A DNA stretch of 48,062 bases from assembly GCA_030167865.1 (NCBI GenBank), contig JALAGF010005683.1, positions 1-48,062 of the forward strand. The letters run 5' to 3'. How positions within the stretch are numbered: the stretch's first letter is position 1; each line of letters starts with the position of its first letter. Below, in pieces: positions 10,997 through 20,436 of the stretch. Made by a program: the position numbers and the translations under genes. The DNA comes from Craspedostauros australis. Its lineage: Eukaryota. The notes under the pieces are model-generated. The model ran no database searches. It had not been told where the DNA came from and was given only the letters and a program-made list of their open reading frames with translations.

Positions 10997-11175
10997 TGTG
11001 TTGTGTTGCATCGTGTTGTGTGGTGTTGCGTTGTGTTGCGCAAAAGCGTTCGTCTTGTTTTGGCAGCTGTTGTTTCGCCACGGTCGCAGCGTGTCGTGTT
11101 ACATCGTGTTGTGTCGTGTGCAAACTGCCGTGGTCTTGCACGAGCCGTCGTGTGTCGTGTTTTTTGCTGTGTTGT
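10997..11175. repeat. Degenerate (GTGTT)n / (ACAAC)n pentamer tract upstream of the cold-shock gene
   Basis: Runs such as tgtgttgtgttgcatcgtgttgtgtggtgttgcgttgtgttg and cgtgtcgtgttacatcgtgttgtgtcgtgtg. Confidence 0.7.
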
Positions 11176-12246
11176 TCGCTTTTTTGCAGCGTGGAGAAGA
11201 AGCTGCGGCAATTGTATATTATCTGCGATTTCCGCTGTTCTCGTCCATTGAACCAAGATCCATGTTCGTGTTGGTAGATGCAATGATCGAAGCTAGAGGA
11301 AGGCAGCGATGAACGACCAATCGTGAATGAAAATCACACTTGACTCACCGATACCTTTTTCATTTCTCCCACTCAGGAAGTCCTGATTTTGGACGAGATG
11401 GATAGCTTTGGACTTTTCCTGATGCTCCGACGCGCCTTGACAAGGCTGTGATGCAATGTACTATACGAGATCAGATGAGATGATAAGAAAGAGTAGAGTG
11501 GAGGACATGACAGTGCTCTTGCATTGGAATGCAGGGCTGCATGGTGGATGACTTCTTGATTGCTTCGCTCGATGAAATCTGCATCTCTTTCCAGTTGTTT
11601 TTCTTCTTTGATGCGGCGTCAACTCTCTCTCTCTCTCTCACGCACATACGCGCACATGCGCACACATTCCCTCCGACTACCTCATTCATGATGTGGGCAG
11701 GGCACTACTCTACATCTACATTCACACCAGGTTCCAATACTCTCGCAGACATGTGATGTTGAGTCCGAATTTCTGCCAACACGGTACAGACAGTCTTCGA
11801 TCACATGGTAACTGGTTAGCGAAAAGAGCTCTGAGTTGTTGGTGCTGTCGTGGCATAGTTTTATTGGCTGTGTCATCGCTGGTCATTCACATCACGAATG
11901 ATGACTCCACACAAACGCGCAACAGAACAGCGCAAACGCTTCATGCACAACAGAGTTCCTTCAGACACTCACGCACTCACACGCACTCACATGCACCCAC
12001 ACGCACCCACCATGCAGGTCCAAACAAAGAACGAAAAGAGCGGCGGAAGCGCAACGCAGAGAGAGGAGACTGTTGCTCAACAACATCGTCTGGTCATAAA
12101 TCCAAACACCCAAGCAACCAAAGACGCAACCAAAGACACAACCAAAGACACACACTCTTCACAATCTTCACATCCTCATAAATCACAACCAATCCATCCA
12201 TTATATCACATTATATTACGTTATATTACATTATACTGAATACACA

Positions 12247-12747
12247 ATGAAGCCTTTCGCACTGTTCCTCTTCAACTTCCTGATCGTCTCCGCCTCCGCA
12301 CTGGCATCCATCGTGAGAGCAGAGGACCTGCAGACCGGCAAGGTCCACATCAACGTCCACAACCTCCGCAACTTGAATCAGGGCAAGCTCTACGTGGGCA
12401 TCTTCGATCGCGATGGCGCCACCAACAAGGCCGACCGCGTGACTCTGTCCGACATGTCCGAGGCCAAGTTCCACACCAAGGTCGATGTCAAGTCCGCCGC
12501 CGTCGACGTCACCTTCGATGATGTGCCGCACGGAGAGTACGCCGCCTTCGTCTTCCACGATCTGTCCGACAACGCCAAGCTCAATTCCAACTTCATCGGC
12601 ATCCCCACCGAGGATATCTGTATCTCCAACAACGTCAAGGGCGGACCCATGGGCGGTCCCAAGTGGGAAACCGCCAAGTTCGTGCACGACAGTAAGAAGG
12701 GCACCAAGATCAAGGCCATGGAGATGAACCACATCCATCGCGGTTAG
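12247..12747 (+). CDS. Secreted DUF2141-family protein
   Basis: 166 aa, intronless, hydrophobic signal peptide. VTFDDVPHGEYAAFVFHDLSDNAKLNSNFIGIPTEDICISNN...GGPKWETAKF matches the DUF2141 pattern (F.D.P.G.YA....HD.N.N.KL..N..GIP.E....SNN.....GPP.F..A.F). Confidence 0.85.
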   Translation: MKPFALFLFNFLIVSASALASIVRAEDLQTGKVHINVHNLRNLNQGKLYVGIFDRDGATNKADRVTLSDMSEAKFHTKVDVKSAAVDVTFDDVPHGEYAAFVFHDLSDNAKLNSNFIGIPTEDICISNNVKGGPMGGPKWETAKFVHDSKKGTKIKAMEMNHIHRG

Positions 12748-13098
12748 AGACATCATGTATTGCATCACCCATTGAGAGATTGTTGCTCCCACAAGCGACT
12801 TTTTGCAACCAGAGACCATGGTGGAGGACGTGCTCACATCTGCTTGTTGGGCAGGGAATGAAACCAACATGCAGACACAGGCATACATGCATGTATGCAT
12901 GCTTCCACCACATCACATCACATGGCAATCACACGCACAAACAAACAGACAGACAAACAGACACAAACACGCACATTTAGAATCAAGTGCCAATCACAAT
13001 CATGGTAAGCCATGGTACGCCATACACAAATAGAACAGTATTCTCTCTGTCTAGGGAGAGAGACGTAACAACACAAAGATATTCTATTTATTTTACTT

Positions 13099-14817
13099 CT
13101 AATCTTTGACTTTGGCGCTCATCTTCCATCGCCAACGCTGCTTGGAGGAGTATCCATAGTAGACGCCGACACCGGCCACGAGCATCAGCATGGATCCCGA
13201 CATGGACAACGGCATGTAATCCAGCACGTGCCCATGCAGAATATCCTGCCGTCCATGTGGATACTGCGCGGAGGTTGATACGCCGGCGGGCACCTCGGGA
13301 CGTCGCAGGTGACGTTGTATGACGGGCGGCGTTGCTGCGACAACATCAGGGCTTGGTTGCTCTTGCACATGTTGCTCTTCTTCTTCTTCTCGTTGTTGCA
13401 TGTTGGGTTCTATCGGCGCAAGAGGTTGAACCTCTTCCTGCTCTTCTTCTGCTCGCTGCACGTGCTGCCCGCTCAACACATCCTGCCTATACTGCCTGGC
13501 TTTCTCATCGCTGGGCCAGTACATGAGACGCAGATACTTGTACACGATATCGGGATCATATTCTGCCTCGTCCTTCCAACACATCGCACACATCCACGTC
13601 GACGGAAACACGACGCCGTGATGCAGCCGCCGATTGACGCCATTATGAAATTCAAACAACCACAGCGCAAACTCGCGATCGTCGCCATGCCGCTCGCATC
13701 GCCCGTACTTGCACGCGTCGTAATCGTTGGCGAAATGTTGCCGGCAGTCCTCGCAGTTGAAGAAGTGCACGATGAAATCGCGCATGACTTGCGCGCATTC
13801 GCCGGCCTCGAGCTTCGTGTCGTCGGACAGCGCGACGGCGTTGTATTCGGCGTAGCCGATGGAGTACATGTGGAAGAGATGCCACAGACCGCACGTGAAG
13901 GGGGAGTCGTGGTGTCGGCAGGCCGGGCTCCAGGCGTCGTCCGTGACGACCTCGGTGCCGACGATGTCCATCAACGTGTCTTCCGACAACGCCTTGGCAT
14001 GCTCGATGATTTTGGCCAGGATGGAATGGAAGTCATCGGTCATGGTCGGCGGCAGCACCTTCTGCAGATGGCGCACGAACTTGTTGAAGGCAAGCTTGGC
14101 GTCCGGCGAGAGCTTGTTGTCGGACGTCGTGAAGACGGAAGTCTGGCACAGGAAGCGGAAGGACAGCAACGCATCCTGGTAGATCTGCTGCTTCGTCTTG
14201 GACAGGTAGTACGCCTGGTCGCTGTCCGCCGCGCTGTCCGCATGGATGCTCAACACGTCGGTGTCATCCTGCGACTCTGCGGCAACCTCGATGTTGGCCA
14301 TGCGAAAGATCTGGAAGGGATGCAGATTGAAATGCTCGATCTTGGATGAATTGGCCGAATGCGCCGGCAGGACACGGATGTTGGGATAGGAGTGGATGTC
14401 GAAGTCGCGGCAGATGAACGCGTTGGGCACGCAGGAGATGGCCCAGAACTCGATGTTCATGTCGCCGTACTTGGCCTTCATCGTGGCGGCCACCTCCGTG
14501 TACCGCTTGCGGAAGTGCTTGCAGTGCGGACACCAGTGCGCGTAGAACTCCACGACGCGGGGGTTGGGATACGACTTGGAGAAGAGGAAGTCGGGATGCC
14601 GATCCTTCGTGTCATCGTTCTTGTGCAGCGGATACGCGCTGGCGACGTAGTCATGAATGACGACGTTGGCGTCGGGGTTGTCCGCATAGAAGAACTGCCC
14701 TGCGGGATCGCTCTCCGCCGCAACCACAATGCCGACCAGCACGCAGAAGATGAGCACGAGGAAGATGAGGAAGGGGAAGCCCCAGGACTGCATCTGGCTG
14801 CGCAGTCTGTGCCGCAT
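13099..14817 (-). CDS. QSOX: Quiescin sulfhydryl oxidase (thioredoxin + Erv/ALR FAD domain), membrane-anchored
   Basis: N-terminal hydrophobic anchor; Trx motif VEFYAHWCPHC; Erv motifs CGLWHLFH, FFNCEDCRQHF, LWLFEFHNGVNRRL and FPSTWMCAMC; C-terminal TM segment. Start is 14817 or the upstream ATG at 15030. Confidence 0.92.
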   Translation of the reverse strand: MRHRLRSQMQSWGFPFLIFLVLIFCVLVGIVVAAESDPAGQFFYADNPDANVVIHDYVASAYPLHKNDDTKDRHPDFLFSKSYPNPRVVEFYAHWCPHCKHFRKRYTEVAATMKAKYGDMNIEFWAISCVPNAFICRDFDIHSYPNIRVLPAHSANSSKIEHFNLHPFQIFRMANIEVAAESQDDTDVLSIHADSAADSDQAYYLSKTKQQIYQDALLSFRFLCQTSVFTTSDNKLSPDAKLAFNKFVRHLQKVLPPTMTDDFHSILAKIIEHAKALSEDTLMDIVGTEVVTDDAWSPACRHHDSPFTCGLWHLFHMYSIGYAEYNAVALSDDTKLEAGECAQVMRDFIVHFFNCEDCRQHFANDYDACKYGRCERHGDDREFALWLFEFHNGVNRRLHHGVVFPSTWMCAMCWKDEAEYDPDIVYKYLRLMYWPSDEKARQYRQDVLSGQHVQRAEEEQEEVQPLAPIEPNMQQREEEEEQHVQEQPSPDVVAATPPVIQRHLRRPEVPAGVSTSAQYPHGRQDILHGHVLDYMPLSMSGSMLMLVAGVGVYYGYSSKQRWRWKMSAKVKD

Positions 14818-15578
14818 GGCTTCCTCTTCGGCTTCCCCTCGCGTGAGCCTCACACGTCCTTCGACCTCCACTCTTCGAGGTGCTCTTGCCTGCGCTCGTG
14901 CTCGTGCCTGTGGCCGCGGATGCAATGCGGAAAGACCTGGAGTTGATGGATGACGGGAAGCGGGGCAGTCGCTGCAGCTGTTGCATTCACCGGCCTTTGC
15001 AAGCATCGGAGACTCCTCCGCTGTCTGCAATGCTGCGACTCGTCTTGCGTCAAATGCAAGGGATGGCAGCCGGCACTAGCACCTCCTCTTGGCCTCTCAG
15101 ATGGACCTATTGTGCGTACGAGCTACAGAATCGCTTGTCTTCGTCTTGTTTTTGCTTCGGTATGCTCTGGCATGCGCTGCCTTGAGGTGGGATGGAATCG
15201 GATGGGATGAATCAAGGCAGAGGCAGAGCTTTGTGCATCTGTCCACACGAGTCAATCGCGATGGAATTCCAGCGAAGAGTACTGCGTCGAAGTTGTTCGT
15301 TTCGCGTTTTCTCCTTTTGGTCATCCAAGAATGACCATGTTCCATTTGACTCGTGATTGCTTGACAACGAAGGAATGCAATTCAGTCAAAGTAGTCAGAC
15401 CTGGCTGTTGAGGCGTGCGACGGTCGTACAGAGCCAATTTGGCGCCAAAATCCACAATCTCCCACAACCACCACAAACGCACAAACGACACGAACAGGAA
15501 CACACCAAACCTGCGCTCGATTCATTCTCTCGAAGACGCCATCTCCTATCACAGGTCCGCTTCTCTGTTTCTGTGGAG

Positions 15579-15608
15579 GTGAAAGTGAAAGTGAAAGTGA
15601 AAGTGAAA
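15579..15608 (+). repeat. (GTGAAA)5 tandem hexamer in the divergent QSOX/pseudouridine synthase intergenic region
   Basis: Five perfect copies read directly. Confidence 0.9.
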
Positions 15609-15654
15609 GCGATACATACATTCACAACAAAATTATCGTGAAGATACCAGCAAC

Positions 15655-16755
15655 ATGATCAACGGCATGGGCTGCGCAATCCGATCTGCGCGATTCTGCC
15701 AACGACTTGCACCCACCTTGGCTGCGGTTCCGACAGATCATCATCTTTCCTTTCGACCTTTCTCCTCCTCAGCATCAACATCAACATCAGCACCATTGTC
15801 CTCAGCATCATTGTCCTCATCAACGTCATTTGAACACGAGCAGAAAAGCGTGCGGGTATCGAAACGAATGAGCGAACTGGGTCTGGCGAGTCGCAGAGAA
15901 GCCGACGCGCTCATCAAGGAGGGCAGGGTGTTGGTGGATGACAAGGTGGCGGTGCTGGGACAGAAGATCCCCTCCTCATTTGCGGATATCCGAATCGTCG
16001 CTCGGTCCGCTGCTGCATCCTTTGACGATGATCAGCAGGAGCAACAACAGGAATTGGATTTGAATGTGGATATGAGTGTGGATATGGAGGACCACCTGGA
16101 GGCTGTCGTGCTGAACAAACCCAACGGATACGTCAGCAGCCAGCCCGAACATGGCCACACACCGGCGATCAAATTGCTGACGGCGGATCGTCACTGGGCC
16201 GATCCAGATGACCCCGCACGATGGGACCCGTCCGAACTGGAATGGAAACGTCGCCCATTCCATGGCTACGCACCGTGCGGCAGACTCGATCGCAACAGCA
16301 ACGGCCTTCTCATCTTCAGCAAGAGCGGCGCCCTCGCCCGGAAGCTCGTCACGGAACACGCCATCGAAAAGGAGTACCTCGTCGACCTCGATCCCGCCGT
16401 CCAACCATCGCGGTTGGAACGCGAAGAGCACGGCATCGAGGCGTTGCCGTTTCCGACGAAGAACTTGTCGGTCCTGCGCAACGGTGGGGCCTGGTTGGCG
16501 GGCGATACGCGCCCCCTCCTGCCGTGCGGTGCCAAGTGGGTCGTCTACGAACGCAACGGCCCGTGCTTGCTGCGATTGACGTTGCACGAGGGCCGCAAGC
16601 ACCAGATCCGCCGCATGTGTCGCGAGATTCTGGGTTGGCACGTCGTCAATCTCACGCGCGTGCGTATCGGTGTCATCGAAATTGACGATCTGCCCTTGGG
16701 GAAGTGGAGGCCGCTGACGTCGCAAGAAGTTGACGCTATCAAGCAGGGCAAGTGA
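15655..16755 (+). CDS. RsuA/RluF-family RNA pseudouridine synthase with S4 domain, probably organelle-targeted
   Basis: S4 domain (VRVSKRMSELGLASRREADALIKEGRVLVD), LNKPNGYVS, catalytic GRLDRNSNGLL, EKEYLV, EGRKHQIRRMC, LTRVRIG and LPLGKWRPLT. Ser-rich presequence. Confidence 0.93.
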   Translation: MINGMGCAIRSARFCQRLAPTLAAVPTDHHLSFRPFSSSASTSTSAPLSSASLSSSTSFEHEQKSVRVSKRMSELGLASRREADALIKEGRVLVDDKVAVLGQKIPSSFADIRIVARSAAASFDDDQQEQQQELDLNVDMSVDMEDHLEAVVLNKPNGYVSSQPEHGHTPAIKLLTADRHWADPDDPARWDPSELEWKRRPFHGYAPCGRLDRNSNGLLIFSKSGALARKLVTEHAIEKEYLVDLDPAVQPSRLEREEHGIEALPFPTKNLSVLRNGGAWLAGDTRPLLPCGAKWVVYERNGPCLLRLTLHEGRKHQIRRMCREILGWHVVNLTRVRIGVIEIDDLPLGKWRPLTSQEVDAIKQGK

Positions 16756-17263
16756 GCACATAGTTTGTCTCCACCACCACGTGGAGACAGGACTGTGAAG
16801 TTGTATGCGATGAAGTTGGCATGTCATCCATAATGATAGAGATTGATTGTCCACTGTTTGATATTGTATAACATCATTGTCTCGAGTGGAGCAGTGCTCC
16901 TCATCTATCCTGCTCTTGCGCCTGCATTCAATCTCATCCAACCAAGCCGCACGAACTCGCCAACGTGCCAATGTTCGAGTCGTGGATGGCGATGACGATC
17001 GTGATTGTGGGGGCGCGAAAATGATGACGATTTTGGGATGATGTGTCACGATTCGACTTCTCCTCTCACCATCATCCGATCCATCAAGTGCAAGTGACAC
17101 AGCCCACAGATGCTTCAAAGAAAGATGCAGCGAGGGCGATAGCAACAGCAGTACTCAAGCCATACTCCACGCTGGATCCAGACAGACACAGACACACACA
17201 GAGAGAGAGAGAGAGAGCAGTCTCCAACCACCCGACCAATCCATCATCCAAAAGAAGTGACCA

Positions 17264-18299
17264 ATGCCAGCAATGGGGCTTCCAATCCCGTCGCTCGTCG
17301 GCGCGATCGCTCTTTCAGCGTTGCTGCTCATGGCTGTCCAACGCACTCCACTGGCAGCAGCATTCAGCAACCCCATCGCACAGCCAGGATCATCAGAATC
17401 GTTGCATCCACCGCGATCGACGCAGAGGAACATCGATGACGGCGATCATGCCGCCGCAGCACGGGTACAGAGCAGACGCCAGTGGATGTCGGCCATCGCA
17501 AAGACTGCTACAGTTGTTGCTCTCGTGGAAACGCAACAACCTTCTTTGGCATCCGCTGCAGCTGCTGCCGCTCCGACGACACCACCTCGTGAACGCCTGC
17601 AGGAGGCCAGCGATGCGCTGGACAAACTCTTGACGAATTGGTAAGTCCGCCGAGTCAATCCGTTTCATCCAGAGCGCTGGGTGCCATCTGCGGTGTGGAA
17701 TTGTGACTCTGTCCTCGACATCTTCCATAGCAATTGCCTTCTTCTCGAGCATGTTCTATTGTACCGTATGTGTTCGTCACCACGTCGCATCAAACTCACT
17801 TGCATCATTCCAATGCGCACTTGGGATCCACGCGCACAGGAAACGCGCCACAGTGGACTGCACGTTCGCTGACGTGCCGCGTGAATTGCTGGAGGCCAAG
17901 AACAAGGAGCTGCTGCTGGAAAAGGCCAGCACGTTTGCTCTGTTCGACAAATCCGTCAGCGTCGAAAGCTGCAAGACGACGAATCGCATCGTGCGGGATT
18001 ATCTGGGCGTGACGGGGAAGGGGCCGCTGGTGGGATTGGAGAAGGCGATGAAGTTGGGCATGCGCGATGTGGACGATGACATAGAGGATTACGTGGAGCA
18101 GATGGAGGACGTGATGCAGGCCATGGCGCGGGCGGCGTCGCTCAGTTATGCGGCCGGCGTCGCTGATTTTGATGCCGTCAACAACTTCAGCAAGGAGGAC
18201 AGCGATCGCGAAGACGACGACAGCAATCTGGGACAGACGAAGGCGGCGATCGTGCAGATCAAGGCAGGGTTGGATAAGATGATTAGCCATTTAACTTGA
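17264..18299 (+). CDS. Putative plastid (thylakoid-lumen) protein of unknown function, join(17264..17640,17840..18299), 278 aa
   Basis: Signal peptide ending AAA|FSNP (ASAF-like), then SRRQWM plus an Ala-rich segment (twin-arginine-like). The GTAAGT...CACAG intron restores the frame (NW-KRATVDC), and exon 2 has coding-like bias. Confidence 0.78.
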
Positions 18300-20436
18300 C
18301 GGTGCATTGGGTCTGCAGTTGCCGACCGGCTTCTCGCGCGAAGTCCTCCAGGTAGGGGCGCACGACGCCTTGCCCTGCCTCCTGCAGCATGTCGATGGAC
18401 ACAGGGATTCCGGCGCCAACGTCCATCACGATGTTGCTAATGTTCAGCGTTTCATCTTGCTGGTGCTGCGTGTTGAGACCATCCACGTTCGCATCATTCA
18501 CAGCGCCGTCATCGCTGAGTGAGCACATGTAGTGTGGCGCTGACTGCTGCAATTTGGCCTGCGCGCATTTGGCCGGCACCCATTTGTAGTTGACGGGGCA
18601 CAGCATCTCGCTGGGTTGATAGTCCGCCTTGTACCTCATCTTGGGACAGCTTTCGATGTAATATCCAAGATAATAGTATGGCACCTTGAGGGTTTGGTTT
18701 GTGAACTGGATCTCCTGAAGCGTCGTCCATTTGCCCAGCGCCACCAGATCATGCGAGAAGGATGGGTGGTAGAAGAGGTAGACGGAGGAAAGACCGTTGG
18801 GCAGGATATCCACGACGCCAACAGCGATGAGGACTTCGCCGACACGATAGTGTTGATGGTACGTGCCATGTCGGTACCGGTGGTTGCCATTGCCAGCTCC
18901 ATTTTGCGAGTGGGCATTCATCGGCTGTGTCTGACCATGTCGTTGCTGTTGCTGCTGCTGCTGCTGTTGCTGCTGACGATGAAATTTCGGCATGGGCGAC
19001 TCCACGAGGAACTGAAAGAAGCTGTGAAAGTTTTTCAGGACGGAACGTTGCACATCTGACGGGTAGCTGCCGAGGTAGGTGCTTAGCATTGCTCGCACTT
19101 TGGGAACGAATTGGGGCGGTGGCGAGGCTCCCCATTCCAACTTTTGAATGAGTTCTGCGATATCAACATTTGGAGTTTCCTTTGCACTGTCCATGGCATT
19201 GTTGTTGCTAGGAGAATCCTTTTTGGGCGCAACGAATGGATCTGGATCGTTATGCACGACATGCTGGTACATGGCGTAGAGGCGATGCACATCGGTATCC
19301 AGCGCCGATTCGTGAGCCGGCAGCGTTTGGATGACGACACCGCGCTCCCGCTGTTCTTTGGTCAACAACTTGCCATTGGTGACTTGCACGTACCATGCCG
19401 CCAGCTTGTCCGGTCGCATGAGATCGTCGTGCGAGATGGAGACGTCCATGGGATCATGACTCGATGCATTCATGTTGGCTCCATTCTCGGTCTGACCGAA
19501 CGAACCGCCATTTCGAGTGGAGCGCGGTTGATCGCCGTTCGCATCATTATTTGGAGTGCATAGCGCATTCCACCTCGATTCATCGACGACCTTGAGTTGG
19601 ATCATGAGCTGGCCGCTGCCAAGGTGGTGCGTGACGGAGAGCGTTTGGACCAACGGTGGGTGCTGGTGCTGCGATGCCTGCTGTCGTTGTTGCATCGCAT
19701 CCGAGAGTTGTTTCGCCAACGTGGATCGATCCAGCTTGTGCGCATCCGAGCTATGCTTGCCGGCGATGACCGCACAGACGGGCGTGATCAATGTGAATTC
19801 GGTGGGCAAAGTTGGGCTAGATGCATTGTGGTGGCTGCCGTGACTGGACGTTGCAGCAGCCAGCGCTGTTGGCTTGATCGTGAAGCTTGGCCGTGGTGCA
19901 TCCGTCACAAATGGGCACAGCTGCTTGCGGATGATGTCATGAACCATCGATTCAAAGTGAGGAACGATACCAGCCGAAGTGGCCACCGCAAGAAGCCTCT
20001 GCGCCTTCTGCTTTGTCTGCCGGGATCGTGGCTGTTTGGCTGGCAATGCTCTGCTTGTCTGCTTGGCTGCGGAAGGCAGAAACAACGCGTCCATCCTTCT
20101 GGAGAGCTTGCGCTGCGATCTGGTCGGTCGGAAGGATGAGACGGGCAGCCGGATGGTGACCGTGGGACAGCATGACTCCCAATTGCAAGGCTTGTAGAGC
20201 AGGGTTCCCGATCGACGCCATCCTCTGTACAGAAACTGCTCGTAGACCAGGGGTTCGATGCGATCCACCAGCAGCCCGTACGTCTTGCTGCAGCTCTGCG
20301 GCGTCTGCTGTTGCTGCTCTGGAATCACATGGCAGCGCTTGCCCTTGCAGTAGCCGCACTCGGAACGGGAGTACCCGCAAGGACGCACCACGTTGCTCTC
20401 CCTCTGCTGTGCGAGCGCATGCTGCTGCGCGTTCAT
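18283..20436 (-). CDS. ATE1: Arginyl-tRNA--protein transferase
   Basis: ATE_N motifs CGYCKG, YEQFLYRGWRRSGTLLYKP and SCCPTVTIRL. ATE_C motifs GTYHQHYR, IAVGVVDILPNGLSSVYLFYHP and YYYLGYYIESCPKMRYKADYQPS. PolyQ insert. Start taken at ATG 20436; the ORF is open to 20655. Confidence 0.95.
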   Translation of the reverse strand: MNAQQHALAQQRESNVVRPCGYSRSECGYCKGKRCHVIPEQQQQTPQSCSKTYGLLVDRIEPLVYEQFLYRGWRRSGTLLYKPCNWESCCPTVTIRLPVSSFRPTRSQRKLSRRMDALFLPSAAKQTSRALPAKQPRSRQTKQKAQRLLAVATSAGIVPHFESMVHDIIRKQLCPFVTDAPRPSFTIKPTALAAATSSHGSHHNASSPTLPTEFTLITPVCAVIAGKHSSDAHKLDRSTLAKQLSDAMQQRQQASQHQHPPLVQTLSVTHHLGSGQLMIQLKVVDESRWNALCTPNNDANGDQPRSTRNGGSFGQTENGANMNASSHDPMDVSISHDDLMRPDKLAAWYVQVTNGKLLTKEQRERGVVIQTLPAHESALDTDVHRLYAMYQHVVHNDPDPFVAPKKDSPSNNNAMDSAKETPNVDIAELIQKLEWGASPPPQFVPKVRAMLSTYLGSYPSDVQRSVLKNFHSFFQFLVESPMPKFHRQQQQQQQQQQQRHGQTQPMNAHSQNGAGNGNHRYRHGTYHQHYRVGEVLIAVGVVDILPNGLSSVYLFYHPSFSHDLVALGKWTTLQEIQFTNQTLKVPYYYLGYYIESCPKMRYKADYQPSEMLCPVNYKWVPAKCAQAKLQQSAPHYMCSLSDDGAVNDANVDGLNTQHQQDETLNISNIVMDVGAGIPVSIDMLQEAGQGVVRPYLEDFAREAGRQLQTQCTVKLNG

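Noticed and set aside
13309..14946. 346-aa and 195-aa plus-strand ORFs
   Set aside because: Antisense shadows of QSOX.
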